The position numbers and the translations under genes are program-made. A stretch of 64,000 nt of DNA from Myxococcota bacterium. GTDB lineage: Bacteria; Myxococcota_A; SURF-8. The notes below the pieces were generated by a model. That model searched no databases. It had not been told where the DNA came from and saw only the letters and a list, made by a program, of their open reading frames with translations. Positions 21,136-32,003 of this stretch are shown piece after piece (within the stretch, counting starts at the first letter, position 1; every line of letters starts with the position of its first letter). The stretch is from assembly GCA_963674735.2 (NCBI GenBank), contig CAXXQS010000001.1, forward strand, positions 544,001-608,000, written 5' to 3'.

Positions 21136-22077
21136 ATGACTTTGGCAATTGACCGGACAAATCGACTGCTCGCTTGGAATGGTGTGGGACCATTCTCCTG
21201 CTGTGAAACCATATCCATCTATCAACTGCCTGACCTTAAGCTATTGAAAAGGCAGCAGATTATGGTTCTATCTGATGCGATGCGAGATCATCTCTGTTTT
21301 TCTCCGAGTGGAAAATTCCTTTTTGCCTTGGGAGGCTGGGCTTACCAATCGGATGGTCTTGACGCTTATGATGTTGATTCCCTCCGGTTTGTCTGGTCGC
21401 ATTTTGCCGATCAGCCCGGCAACCGCCTTGCATTTTCACCTGATGAAAAAAAGGTCGCGATTATAGCTGGCTGTAAACATTATGTGAGTCTCCTTGAAAT
21501 CAACAATGGAACACAGTTAAAGAAAATTCAGTGCTTTCCAGGCGAGCACATGGCCTCCGATTTGGCAGGTTTTTCACAAAACGGCTCGTGTATCCTCACG
21601 GTTGAAGACGGTTTCATTTCAACCATCCAAATTGATAACGAAAAGGAAATCGAACGGAAGCAAATTGGTGCTACCAATGCGTGGATTTTCGACGTGTGGT
21701 TCAGCAATGGCACGTTGAACGGCTTGAGCTTTGACCATGATTCCAGTGGAGCAATCTACTGGAAAGATCATTGTCCCCAGCCCGGTTCATTTCCAATCCC
21801 TTCCGCCCGATGGAGCGGGAATACAGTTTCCCATAATGGACAGTATTTGGCTGTTACAGCGGATTACAGCGTGGAGAAAGAACCGTGGCCGATCTATCTG
21901 TTTGACCTAGAGGCCACACTACCCATTTGGTGTGGAATCGATGAAGAAAATCCTGAGATGGTTATCAGTATGGCGGTAACTGATGATGGTGAGATGCTTT
22001 TCAGCGAATACGCTGGTAACAAGGTCGCAGTTTACAATCCCAAGAGTGATTCACGACCCACACAATGGCTGGAGTAA
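21136..22077 (+). CDS. WD40-like beta-propeller protein
   Basis: Repeated FSPSGK / FSPDEK / FSQNG / SHNGQY blade motifs. Confidence 0.7.
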   Translation: MTLAIDRTNRLLAWNGVGPFSCCETISIYQLPDLKLLKRQQIMVLSDAMRDHLCFSPSGKFLFALGGWAYQSDGLDAYDVDSLRFVWSHFADQPGNRLAFSPDEKKVAIIAGCKHYVSLLEINNGTQLKKIQCFPGEHMASDLAGFSQNGSCILTVEDGFISTIQIDNEKEIERKQIGATNAWIFDVWFSNGTLNGLSFDHDSSGAIYWKDHCPQPGSFPIPSARWSGNTVSHNGQYLAVTADYSVEKEPWPIYLFDLEATLPIWCGIDEENPEMVISMAVTDDGEMLFSEYAGNKVAVYNPKSDSRPTQWLE

Positions 22078-22082
22078 ATTCA

Positions 22083-22799
22083 ATGTGCGCGAAATCGACT
22101 ATCGAATGGACGGAAGCGACGTGGAATCCGGTCACGGGTTGCACGAAAATCAGCCCCGGCTGCATCAACTGCTACGCCGTACGAATGGCAAAACGCCTTA
22201 AGGGAATGGGGCAGAAGAACTATGTTAACGGATTTAAGGTAAGCCTACATGACCACATGCTCAATAAGCCGCTAACCTGGAAAAAGCCGCAACGAATCTT
22301 CGTCAACAGCATGAGCGATCTGTTTCATCAAGATGTACCCATGGAGTTCATCCAACGGGTATTCGAAATCATGAACAAAGCGGACTGGCATCAATACCAG
22401 ATTTTGACGAAGCGATCTAGCCGACTCGCCGAGTTGAGTAGTGATCTGCCCTGGTCATCCCATATTTGGATGGGTGTTACGGTTGAAAACGCTGATTGTG
22501 TGCATCGAATTGAGAATCTGCGGAAAACCGGTGCTCATCTAAAATTCTTATCCCTCGAACCTCTGCTTAGCCCGCTTGAACATTTGCCACTTGATGGCAT
22601 TGATTGGGTCATCGTCGGAGGGGAATCGGGGCCGGGAGCTCGCCCAATGGAACGGGAATGGGTGTTGGACGTCCGTAACCAATGCCATGAGGCGCATGTT
22701 CCGTTCTTTTTTAAGCAATGGGGAGGCGTTCACAAGAAAAAGGCTGGTCGAGTCTTGGATGGCCGCACCTATGATGAAATACCATCAGTTATATCGTAA
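22083..22799 (+). CDS. DUF5131 (phage Gp37/Gp68-like, radical-SAM-related) protein
   Basis: STIEWTEATWNPVTGCTKISPGCINCYA, FVNSMSDLFH, WVIVGGESG, FFFKQWGG. Confidence 0.95.
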   Translation: MCAKSTIEWTEATWNPVTGCTKISPGCINCYAVRMAKRLKGMGQKNYVNGFKVSLHDHMLNKPLTWKKPQRIFVNSMSDLFHQDVPMEFIQRVFEIMNKADWHQYQILTKRSSRLAELSSDLPWSSHIWMGVTVENADCVHRIENLRKTGAHLKFLSLEPLLSPLEHLPLDGIDWVIVGGESGPGARPMEREWVLDVRNQCHEAHVPFFFKQWGGVHKKKAGRVLDGRTYDEIPSVIS

Positions 22800-23044
22800 C
22801 CATACCAAACAACTGGAGACTTACGATGAAAATATATTCAGAAACATTGTTGTTTAGGAAAATACCGCCAATACTCATTTGGGGAAGCCATGATAAATGG
22901 TTAATCCCCAATCGCCACATCAGACGCGCCTTGGGGATTGAATTCTGCACGGTTCTTTTCGCGACGCCCGCAGATCCTATAAACGGAGACGCGGGCGTCA
23001 TTTATTTTATGACCTTCATACGAAGGAGAAAAAGGAGGTGGGCC

Positions 23045-24466
23045 ATGTCGGCTCAAGGAAACAGAAATGGCGGCTCGAAACCAGGAGGGGGCGAATTTCT
23101 CGGAGTGATTATTGGCGGAGGACTCGTTCTCTTCATTGTCGTCAAGGTAATCGAAGGCGTTGTCCTGATCGTCGTGCCCATCATTGCGATGGCCTATGAA
23201 GGTGTGTTGAGGTTGATCGATATCATTGTGGCCGGAATCTGCCTGACGCTGGCCGTCTCGGTGGCCTCTATCGGTCTTGGGATTCTCATCGATATGCTGA
23301 GGCCTATGCTTAGGAGTTTTTCTTTGCGGCAGCGTGTTCACAATGCCGTCAAAACCTGCGCCTATCCCACAATCAACGCCTTTCGCTCAGGCGAGTCTGC
23401 CTCGGATACGGATCGCTTCATGGCCGAACCTTTGGCCGCGAAATACAAAAAGGATTTCGGACAGTATCCGGATGCAAGCACGTTTTACCGCGATCTGGAT
23501 TCGTTCAATCAGTACAAGCGCCTTCACATGGTATCATTGATGCTGAACGACTGCGCCGGGCAGGTCAATGACTGCTTCATCTCGCCCATGTTCGCCGCGT
23601 ACCTAACGGGCGAAAACAAGGAACTGGTTCGTCAGGTGGACGCCGTCATTAGCGCCGAGCGCATCAGCCATCCCGCCCTGTACACAGCGCGGGTGTTGAA
23701 CACGCTGTCTTTCGGCAAGTTGTTCAGAAAGACCAGCCAGAACGTCCGCTACGCCGATCCGGCGGATCTGCGAAATAACGAGCTTTACCTCAAGCAGCTC
23801 CTGCTGATTTTCTTTTTCCGCGCATTGCCGGACATCGAGCGCTATTTCCATCCGATCATCCATCTGGAGCCGAGAGAGCAGGCTATCGACTCGGAGTGGC
23901 ATGAAGCCGAATCGGAACCTCTCCTTCTTAATTACCAAGCTTCGCATGACCCTTTCGATTCGCGCGGTTATGCACAGGAAACCGATAGCACACAGGAAGG
24001 CGATGTTTTCGACGCCGATTTCGCGGATGTCGCCGAATTGCAACGGCAGTCCACATCTCGCGTGGAGGATATCTTCGCTCCATTTCAGATGGATTCCGAC
24101 CTTTGGAACGATCCCGAAGTGTTACTGTACGGAATGCACGACAGTCTTCAGGCGGAGTTGCCGATTCATCCCGATCCGGACACGATCCATCAACAGCTTG
24201 CGTTTTTGGCAACGGCCATCGAACGGCTTCCGGCATTCGAGGCCGAATTCAACGCACACATGAACCGCGACTACGAAGAGGGCGAAGGCTGGCCGACGAG
24301 CTGGTTGCAGGCGGCTTCGGCGGAACTCGGCGATGATTGGTTTGCGATCAACAGCATGACTCAGTTCAAGCGCATAGCGTTGCGCCATTTTCTGTCGAAT
24401 TGGGTGGCATTGTCCCCTGACGGCAACGACGATCACTCAACCACCGCCGTTGTGGCGGGATTCTAA
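23045..24466 (+). CDS. Hypothetical membrane protein
   Basis: AGGAGG RBS before ATG 23045 and N-terminal TM segments; first gene of a four-gene operon. Confidence 0.7.
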   Translation: MSAQGNRNGGSKPGGGEFLGVIIGGGLVLFIVVKVIEGVVLIVVPIIAMAYEGVLRLIDIIVAGICLTLAVSVASIGLGILIDMLRPMLRSFSLRQRVHNAVKTCAYPTINAFRSGESASDTDRFMAEPLAAKYKKDFGQYPDASTFYRDLDSFNQYKRLHMVSLMLNDCAGQVNDCFISPMFAAYLTGENKELVRQVDAVISAERISHPALYTARVLNTLSFGKLFRKTSQNVRYADPADLRNNELYLKQLLLIFFFRALPDIERYFHPIIHLEPREQAIDSEWHEAESEPLLLNYQASHDPFDSRGYAQETDSTQEGDVFDADFADVAELQRQSTSRVEDIFAPFQMDSDLWNDPEVLLYGMHDSLQAELPIHPDPDTIHQQLAFLATAIERLPAFEAEFNAHMNRDYEEGEGWPTSWLQAASAELGDDWFAINSMTQFKRIALRHFLSNWVALSPDGNDDHSTTAVVAGF

Positions 24467-24480
24467 AAGGAGGGATTCCC

Positions 24481-25716
24481 ATGCCCGGAAATCCGCAAGC
24501 CTATTACAAATGGAACAAGGCCTCTCCGTATGTCGTACTTGCGACACAGATCGCATCCTTCATCTTCGTGATTTTCGCCCTGCTCGGCGACGCCCCATCG
24601 AGCGACTTTGAGAGCAAGGTTCTGATTTTCGTCAAGGCCTTTCTCGCCGCAGCCATCGGTACAGGAGGATGGATTTTCTTCTTCCAGCAATTGCCGCGCT
24701 GCACTTCACCGCAGGAAAAGAAAAAGCTCTGGTTCGGTCTGGTGCTCTATCTTTTCCTCGTTCTTTCGATCTCAAGCACTCTGGGAGGTATTGGGGCCGT
24801 GGGCAATCAGGCCCGCCATTACCTCATCATGAAAACCATCGAGAACGCGGAAGCGGCCTATACGCACCTCATCAAGCAACGCTGGCAACTCGAAACTATT
24901 CTTCCTCCTCTCATCAGCGCGCGAAGCGTATTCGAAAGCGCGGCCAAGCGCGAACGCACGGGCGGCTTGCTTTCCGGTCGTAGCGGACCCGGAAAAATCG
25001 TCGCGGCAGTGCAAGGGCTTGAAGATGGCTATGGCCGTGTGGAAGAGGCGTTGAAGGCCGAGATCAAACAGACGGAACGCCTGCACACCAAGGGCTCGCG
25101 GCTTTTGGACGAGTTGCGTTTGATCGCCAACGACCGCTCACAGACCACAAATGAGAAATACGAGCGCCTTGCTCCGTTGTATTCGACTCTGAAAGGGCTT
25201 TTTCTGGATCTGCAAAAAGATGCAGTATCGCCGATCATCGCCGAAGTCGAACGGATTGACCGCCTGTATCTTCTTAAAAGCGATCCGGAAACCGAAGCAG
25301 TTCTGGCTGCGCTCAAGCAGCCCATGGCAGAAACCAAAGCCATGATTCTGGACGCCGCCGAGAAAATCAGAAGCCTTCCCATTCAAACGCCGAGTTTTCG
25401 CATCGTGGGTAGCTTTGAAGCCGTCATAAGCACATCATACCTTTATTATGCGGTAATATACTCGTTGTCGGTCGACTTCATCATCAATTTCGCCGTTTTG
25501 CTTATCTTGAATTTCCTGGCCTCCGGTATTCGCCAGTCGAGCGGGATTCCGAAGCCGCCGCAAAATTCTTCGGGACATTCGAATAGCCTGTTCCGCATGC
25601 CGGAGCGAGTTCCAATGGCGGCCAAACCGAAACCGCAGGAGAACCATTTACCTGCGGCAAAGCCGAGAAACAGCAATGGTAGTGCAACGAGTGCGGATCA
25701 GCCGATGGGATTTTGA
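24481..25716 (+). CDS. Membrane protein with coiled-coil region
   Basis: Three N-terminal TM helices, helical middle, one C-terminal TM; RBS GGAGG. Confidence 0.75.
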   Translation: MPGNPQAYYKWNKASPYVVLATQIASFIFVIFALLGDAPSSDFESKVLIFVKAFLAAAIGTGGWIFFFQQLPRCTSPQEKKKLWFGLVLYLFLVLSISSTLGGIGAVGNQARHYLIMKTIENAEAAYTHLIKQRWQLETILPPLISARSVFESAAKRERTGGLLSGRSGPGKIVAAVQGLEDGYGRVEEALKAEIKQTERLHTKGSRLLDELRLIANDRSQTTNEKYERLAPLYSTLKGLFLDLQKDAVSPIIAEVERIDRLYLLKSDPETEAVLAALKQPMAETKAMILDAAEKIRSLPIQTPSFRIVGSFEAVISTSYLYYAVIYSLSVDFIINFAVLLILNFLASGIRQSSGIPKPPQNSSGHSNSLFRMPERVPMAAKPKPQENHLPAAKPRNSNGSATSADQPMGF

Positions 25717-25725
25717 GGGCAACTC

Positions 25726-28065
25726 ATGAAGAAACGACCGGAATGTAAAACAAAGAACCAGCCGCAGGGCGTTCGCCTGGGTGCACGCATCGACTCAGGC
25801 GAACCTCTGTGGCTATCGTACAAGGCACGCAAGCGCCATGTTTACATTCTCGGAGTGAGTGGATCGGGAAAAAGCTATCTAATGTCCGATATGGCTTGCC
25901 AAGATATAGAGAATAATATTCACGGTTATGCTGCCATAGATTTTATTGAAACATTCGTGCCATACGTTAGGCAATATGTGGCCTCTTTGCGGCGTTTTGC
26001 CGATTTGAAGGCGCGGACGCAATACCGCATTATCAATAAGCGTATCAAGAAACATTATCAGAAGAGACTCGATAAAGTCGAGATCTTGACATTTGAAGAT
26101 CACCAATCGGATCAATCGATTCCCCAATACCATTTCAATCCCATCGAGCGTGTCAACAATATGAGTACCGAAGACTGTACGTCGGATGTTATGAAATGCT
26201 TCGATCTGATCGAGAACACAGGCTCGGGCGATTCCAGCGGCTTGAATCAACAGAAGCTTCGGCAACTAAACTTCAGAACAGGTATAAGTCTGGCCTGCGA
26301 GTTGGGCGCGACAATCCTTGATGTTCCCGCCATGTTCGACATGAATGAAAGCCAGTTGCAGGACTTCATTACACGCCTCGACAATCAGGCGCGTGCGGAA
26401 GGACGTGTTCTGAGGCTGGAATTTGTGCGTGACTATTATCAGAAATTCATCGCTCGGGCCACCGGAAAGGAACTGAGGGATATCCTATTCTCGACCTACA
26501 CCGGCATCGGCCAATTCGAAAATGACCCTATCGTACGCAACTTTCTATCAGCCAGACATAGTAATCTGGATCTTTACAAAATCGTCAACGAAGGCGGCTT
26601 CCTTTTGATCGATCTTAGCCATTGTCATGACTACCAAAGTAAACGTATCCTAGGCGGACTTATATTGAATAGAATCCACACAATATGTGAGCGTCGAACT
26701 CCCGAACAGCGCAAGAATTTGTTCACGGTATACGCAGACGAGTTCCATCATTTGCTAAGCGACTACTATATGACAGCAATATCATACATACGTAACTATG
26801 GCTACTGCATGATCTTAAGCCACCAAGACCAATCCCAATTGAAAAATTTACTCGGCGACAAAATGCTGCGCAGCATTCAGGGAAACGCAGGCACACACCT
26901 CTATTTCCAGTTATCGACCGAAGATTCCTTCGATGCGGCCTATCGCACGTATTTTCCACTTGGGTTAACCCTCAAACAGGAACTCATCGAAGAATCCGAG
27001 ACCATCCAGTTCTCACGTGCATGGTCGCGCTCGAAAGGCATTTCGGACGCCACCGGGCGTGCCCTGGCGAATTCCGAAAGCACGACGCACACGCTCTCCA
27101 ATGGCTTGCAGTTTTCATATACGGAAAACAAGGGGGTCAGCAAAGCCCGATTCGAAAGCCATGGATTGACCATCACCGAGGGTGAAAATTGGACGCGCGC
27201 CGAATCGGATACGGAAGGCGTCAGCATCACGGTTTCCGAAAATGAAACCACCGTCCAAGGCACAGGGACTGGGTTTTCCACCACCGAAGCCAGAGGCGAA
27301 AGCGAATCACGCACGAGCGGACGCTCGACGGGGCGAAGCCAAAACGAGGGTCTTTCGGACATGCTGGTGTTCGATTCGGATGGGCGCGGCATGCGCTTCA
27401 TGCAGAGCAGCGGCGCAAGTGAATCGGTCTCCGACAATCACAGCGTCGGCACGCATCTGTCCAACGCTATTTCGAAAGTCATCGCCGCCAGCCGATCCGT
27501 GGCCAACGGAAAGGGCAAAGCCACTTCGAATTCGCACAGCCACTCTCTTACGAATAGCATCGGAGGAAGCCACAGCGAAAGCCAGAGCCAGAGCGTCAGC
27601 GAGGGGTTGTCCGTCATTCAGGGCGTCAGCAAGAGCGTGGGCAAAAGCCTGACGGAAGGGGTGTCGGAAGGAAAAACCCGAACCGAAACCCGTAGCCGCA
27701 CCCATACGGAATCGGAGACGTTTAGCGAACTGTTTGGCATCTCTTATGGGCGCACCCGAAAGAAGACCCGACAATTCTACTCCATAGACGAAGATGCCAG
27801 GGCCCAGAGTTACAAACTCGCTACCCAAAAAGCCCGCCACGCGACCATGCTCGACAAGGTGACCGGCGCGGTGGCGGAATTCCGCACTGACGACATGCCC
27901 ACCGAGTTCGATCTCATGCTCGGCAAAACCGATTACAAGGCCTTGCTCGAAAAAGAATGTGCGCCGCCTGCGGTGACGCTCGAAGAGAAGCCTGCATTGG
28001 TTGAGCTTTCCGAAAAGGTTCTCGCGGAATTGAAAAAGAAGAAGAAAACCCCGGAGGGATTCTGA
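25726..28065 (+). CDS. TraD/VirD4-like coupling ATPase with a long Ser/Thr/Gly-rich insert
   Basis: RHVYILGVSGSGKS Walker A, VYADEFH Walker B, ILSHQ..SQL. Confidence 0.88.
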   Translation: MKKRPECKTKNQPQGVRLGARIDSGEPLWLSYKARKRHVYILGVSGSGKSYLMSDMACQDIENNIHGYAAIDFIETFVPYVRQYVASLRRFADLKARTQYRIINKRIKKHYQKRLDKVEILTFEDHQSDQSIPQYHFNPIERVNNMSTEDCTSDVMKCFDLIENTGSGDSSGLNQQKLRQLNFRTGISLACELGATILDVPAMFDMNESQLQDFITRLDNQARAEGRVLRLEFVRDYYQKFIARATGKELRDILFSTYTGIGQFENDPIVRNFLSARHSNLDLYKIVNEGGFLLIDLSHCHDYQSKRILGGLILNRIHTICERRTPEQRKNLFTVYADEFHHLLSDYYMTAISYIRNYGYCMILSHQDQSQLKNLLGDKMLRSIQGNAGTHLYFQLSTEDSFDAAYRTYFPLGLTLKQELIEESETIQFSRAWSRSKGISDATGRALANSESTTHTLSNGLQFSYTENKGVSKARFESHGLTITEGENWTRAESDTEGVSITVSENETTVQGTGTGFSTTEARGESESRTSGRSTGRSQNEGLSDMLVFDSDGRGMRFMQSSGASESVSDNHSVGTHLSNAISKVIAASRSVANGKGKATSNSHSHSLTNSIGGSHSESQSQSVSEGLSVIQGVSKSVGKSLTEGVSEGKTRTETRSRTHTESETFSELFGISYGRTRKKTRQFYSIDEDARAQSYKLATQKARHATMLDKVTGAVAEFRTDDMPTEFDLMLGKTDYKALLEKECAPPAVTLEEKPALVELSEKVLAELKKKKKTPEGF

Positions 28066-28066
28066 G

Positions 28067-29023
28067 ATGTTTACCGATGGCGATATCCCGATTGTCTGGC
28101 TGTTATTCGAATACCATTTTCTACAAACCGGCCAGCTGGCACGGTTGTTGGAAAGAAGCAGACAGGTCGTGCTTAGACGGCTCAGAGAGTTGGTGCGGCT
28201 GGATTTCGTCAAGCCCTTGAGTACGGGAGTCGCAGAGGAAAACTGTTACGCACTCGGCCCGATGGGCTGGCGATTAATCGCGCACGAACTGAACACCACC
28301 GTCGACAAGCTTCCCTTCTCGAAACGCGGGTCGCGGGCGCTGTCGTTTTTCTGGAAGCACACCCTCCTGACAAACGACATCCGTATTGCATTGGCCAAAA
28401 GCGCCGAGCATCACCCGCACGTAGCGATTCATCGCTACATCCCCGAATGGCAGCAGATCGAGCAGCCGAAACGGCGAGCCAAGCGGGACAAGCATTTGAA
28501 TTATGTCCTTTGGCAGCAGTTGCAGGATGAAAAGACGAAGGCAGTGCATGACCACCGCCCGGATGGCCTTTTTCTCGTCGGCAGACGAAACGATAGTACG
28601 GACGCCCGCGCGGCGCTCTTCATCGAGGCCGATAGAGGCACCGAAAGCATTTCCCACAAAATCAACGCCAAATTCACGGCGTATCGTCTGTACTACGATC
28701 AGAAGCTCTACTTTCAGCAGTTCGACGCAGGCGTCATGCGCGTGCTGTTCTGTCTGTCCAATGTCAAAACGGACCGGCGAATCACAGCCATGCAACACTG
28801 CTTACAGACCATCGCCAAGCAATTGGGCGATCCCGATCCCAAAACGGATGGCACGTCCCCAGCATCCTTCGTTCATGCGTTTCGCTTCACACGTATGGAT
28901 CGCCTTTCCGACACGAGTTCATGGGACTATCCTGTGTTTGAAGACTGGAAAGGTGAAAAGCATGCGCTATTCAAATCACCGGAAAAACAAAACGATCCCG
29001 AAAGTGGGAGCGTGGGAAGATAA
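28067..29023 (+). CDS. Replication-relaxation (Replic_Relax) family protein
   Basis: wHTH (FLQTGQLARLL..RRLREL), H-TL, RPDG, FIEADRGTE; directly after the coupling ATPase. Confidence 0.88.
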   Translation: MFTDGDIPIVWLLFEYHFLQTGQLARLLERSRQVVLRRLRELVRLDFVKPLSTGVAEENCYALGPMGWRLIAHELNTTVDKLPFSKRGSRALSFFWKHTLLTNDIRIALAKSAEHHPHVAIHRYIPEWQQIEQPKRRAKRDKHLNYVLWQQLQDEKTKAVHDHRPDGLFLVGRRNDSTDARAALFIEADRGTESISHKINAKFTAYRLYYDQKLYFQQFDAGVMRVLFCLSNVKTDRRITAMQHCLQTIAKQLGDPDPKTDGTSPASFVHAFRFTRMDRLSDTSSWDYPVFEDWKGEKHALFKSPEKQNDPESGSVGR

Positions 29024-29565
29024 ACGAGAATGCTGTTGATTTCGATCCATCTTCAATCCGTGAAGGCCGCAGCGACCATGACACGCTTCTTAATCGGCAC
29101 AAGCCAATCGCAGGCGTCCGTCATGCCGCAGCGGGTGAAGCGGATCGAGGCTCCACTGGCCGATCCCTTTGGACGGTTATTGGAGCGAGACGACTCGCGC
29201 CGAGTCGACACGGGAGTCACTCTCCCGTCCTAACTCTACGTTGCACATGGGCACGCCCATGATCGCGATAGATTTCGTTCCGTGACAATCCGAAACGAGC
29301 GTGAAAACGTCCACCGATGCAGTCCGATCTGTGGCGGCTCATCGATCTTGCATGCCGGGAGAGAGCCAGGACATGGAAGGTTGATCCGCACAGTGTCGCA
29401 CTGCTCACCGCCTCGGATTCGCGGTCTCGGGCGGGTGACGGTTTCAGGCCGGAACGGGGAAACGGAATGAATGATCCGTGAAAAACGGGTCACGAGACGA
29501 ATCACGGAGCTTCGTGATTTGGGGGGAAGGCGCAAGCCTTCCCCGAACCTTGATGCCGATCAGTG

Positions 29566-29930
29566 TGTAAAGACGGGTGTAACGACGCCTATAAAGCCGT
29601 CTTTACAGGCTCTGAATGTTCTTTAAAAAGGAAAGCATATGAAATGATTGCGGGTTCGTCGGGCTTACTGAAGCGAGTTCAAAGCCCGACTCCCTCCCTT
29701 TTTCTCAAGCCGCTCACCGCCTCGACGTGTCTCGTTGTTTGCGGGATCTAAAGGGAGGGAGTCGGCCTTCGCAGCCCTCGAACCACTCGCGGTGTCGCTA
29801 ACGCTCCTTGCTCGTGGGAGGTCGCGGGCCCGACGAACCCGCAATCGGCGACCGTGAGTCGCCTTGAAAAAGGGAGCACAGGCAAAGAAAACGCCTCCCC
29901 GTGAGGTGCCCAAAGAAGAGAGGCGTTTTG
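29566..29930. repeat. Non-coding region with nested inverted repeats (candidate origin or structured RNA)
   Basis: TGTAAAGACGG/CCGTCTTTACA; 19-bp perfect IR 29646-29664 and 29828-29846; 16-bp perfect IR 29686-29701 and 29750-29765; AAAACGCCTC/GAGGCGTTTT. Confidence 0.8.
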
Positions 29931-30168
29931 CTTCGCCAACGTACTTTGAAGGAATGCTTTTCCGAATCCTCTCCGGCGGGAGCGGAGCACCAATCCGATT
30001 GTCCAGCCGTAGAGAATCGAAACGGTGCGCACATCCTCTGCCGATCTTGCCTAAGTTCGGCGAACGATGCGAAGCGTTTTTATTGTAGCAAGAATGCCTG
30101 GAATCGAAAACCCGGCTTGAATTTGGAACGGAGGATAATCCGACGATTCGGACCCGAAGGAGGACGCC

Positions 30169-30396
30169 ATGCAGGAACAATCGACTATCGATCTCGACAA
30201 CTTGCCCGACGTGATGACGGTCGAGGAGGTGGCCAAGTTTCTCCGGGTCAATAAAAAGACTGTTTACGATGCCGCTAAACGAGGAGACATCCCTGCCAAA
30301 AAAATCGGTCGGGTGTATAGATTCAGTAGAATGGCTGTGCTACAATCCTTGCAAGGGCAAGGTCGCGTTTCGCGTTCATCGAGGAGAAGAAGATGA
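30169..30396 (+). CDS. Excisionase-type HTH protein
   Basis: VMTVEEVAKFLRVNKKTVY...IPAKKIGRVYRF; ATGA overlap with the integrase. Confidence 0.9.
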   Translation: MQEQSTIDLDNLPDVMTVEEVAKFLRVNKKTVYDAAKRGDIPAKKIGRVYRFSRMAVLQSLQGQGRVSRSSRRRR

Positions 30397-31493
30397 GCGT
30401 CAGAAAACGTGGCAACAAGTGGATTGTGGACATTGATTTTGAACACCCGGACGGCAGCAGAGAGCGTATTCGGAAGGTTTCACCCGTTCAAACCAAACGG
30501 GGTGCCGAGCAGTTTGAGCGAGAACTTCGGCAGGCGCTCTTGTCCGGTTCGGGAACGGACGGAAAGGAGGAGAAAAAGAAGAGTCCGAAGTTTGCAGATT
30601 TTGCAAAGGAGTTTCTGTCTCATTATGCCACGGTCAACAACAAGCCATCGGAGATTCGTTCGAAGGAGAAGAATTTGCGCGTGCACCTGATTCCCGCTTT
30701 TGGTAAGAAGTGGATTCAAGACATTTCAGCTCACGACATCGAGCGGTATAAAGCGAAAAAGGCTGGAGAAGGCCTGTCACCGAAAACGGTCAACAATCAC
30801 CTAACCTGCCTTCGGAAATGTCTTTCAGTCGTACAGGAGTGGGGTTTTGTTGAAAACGTTCCGCCTGTCAAGTGGCTGAAGGTTCCCACGCAGAAATTCG
30901 ACTTCCTGAATTTCGACGAAGCCGACGCGATAGTGGAACATGCCGATCCGGAATGGCGAGTCATGATCCTCACCGCTCAGAAAGCAGGTTTGCGTATGGG
31001 GGAGCTATTGGAGCTTCGCTGGGCGGATGTCAGCTTTCAGACGGGACGCATGATCGTGAGTCGCGCCGTCTATCGCGGCGACATCGGCACGACCAAAGGC
31101 GGGCGCAGCCGGGAACTACCGCTTTGCGACGAACTTCTGATCGCGTTGGAACGGCACTTTCACAAGCGTGGCGAACATGTGTTCTGCGATGCGGACGGAT
31201 TGCCGTTTGCCGAGGGAGCGTGCAAATGGCCGCTGTGGCGAGCCTGCGACCGAGCCGGGATCAGAAGAATCCGCTGGCATGTACTGAGACATACCTTTGC
31301 GAGTCATCTGGTGATGAAGAGCGTGCCGATCACGCACGTTCAGAAACTGATGGGGCATACGGATATCCGAACGACGATGCGCTACGCGCACCTGTCTCCG
31401 AACGTACTCCGGGAGGCGGTTCAAGTGCTCAACAGCGGCACAATAGCGGCACAAAAATCGCCTCGCCTGAGAATTGTGAGCAATATCAATTAG
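30393..31493 (+). CDS. Phage-type tyrosine integrase of the left island
   Basis: GLRMGEL, TKGG, WHVLRHTFASHL, LMGH...TTMRYAH; ends next to the tmRNA-derived att site. Confidence 0.96.
   Translation: MSVRKRGNKWIVDIDFEHPDGSRERIRKVSPVQTKRGAEQFERELRQALLSGSGTDGKEEKKKSPKFADFAKEFLSHYATVNNKPSEIRSKEKNLRVHLIPAFGKKWIQDISAHDIERYKAKKAGEGLSPKTVNNHLTCLRKCLSVVQEWGFVENVPPVKWLKVPTQKFDFLNFDEADAIVEHADPEWRVMILTAQKAGLRMGELLELRWADVSFQTGRMIVSRAVYRGDIGTTKGGRSRELPLCDELLIALERHFHKRGEHVFCDADGLPFAEGACKWPLWRACDRAGIRRIRWHVLRHTFASHLVMKSVPITHVQKLMGHTDIRTTMRYAHLSPNVLREAVQVLNSGTIAAQKSPRLRIVSNIN
31434..31454 (+). repeat. Tandem arm-type integrase sites (left island)
   Basis: AGCGGCACAA-T-AGCGGCACAA about 40 bp from the att core. 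Confidence 0.55.
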
Positions 31494-31495
31494 TT

Positions 31496-31520
31496 AATGG
31501 TGGAGGCGGGGGGAATCGAA
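31496..31520 (-). repeat. att site, duplicate of the tmRNA 3' end
   Basis: AATGGTGGAGGCGGGGGGAATCGAA, identical to 63258-63282. Confidence 0.95.
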
Positions 31521-31949
31521 TGCCCCGACGGCCTTTTTGACAACCCTAGGAATATCAGCAAGATAGGTGCTATGTCTTTGATTATACTAAGGTAAGTCTA
31601 TTCCAATCAGTTCCAACTGGAACCATCGAAATCCATCCCGTGGTGCAGAGTCTGGGCACTATTTGGGCATCGCTGGGAAGGCATTCTATTATGATGGGAT
31701 ATCGGATTTAAAAATCCAAGGCCATCATTGCACTGAATTAAGATTTGGTCAAGCATTCAAAAATTGACATCCTGAACCCGTATCGTCCGTTGTGCAATCC
31801 AATTGCAGGTTGGACGATGTAGGGATTTTTCCATATGGATACCGTTGGCTGACTCGGTATGGTCGGTGCCAGTGAGCTTTAGCTTTTTGAAATTGTTCAG
31901 GGACAAGAAGCGAATCAAAAATCACAGTTGCTTTCGTATCATTTGGCTC

Positions 31950-31986
31950 TTGACAATTGTCAGAATAAACTATATTATTTCTGACA
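31950..31986 (+). promoter_or_regulatory. Sigma70 promoter with palindromic operator
   Basis: TTGACA-N17-TATTAT overlapped by TGTCAGAA...TTCTGACA. Confidence 0.75.
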
Positions 31987-32003
31987 GATGAGAGGAGTAA
32001 ACC

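Noticed and set aside
22083-22799. DUF5131 as evidence of a prophage
   Set aside because: No capsid, terminase or tail genes are present; the family is common on islands.
27307-28212. 301-aa antisense ORF (and similar ones at 41332-43227 and 45801-47306)
   Set aside because: Shadow ORFs opposite well-supported GC-rich genes.
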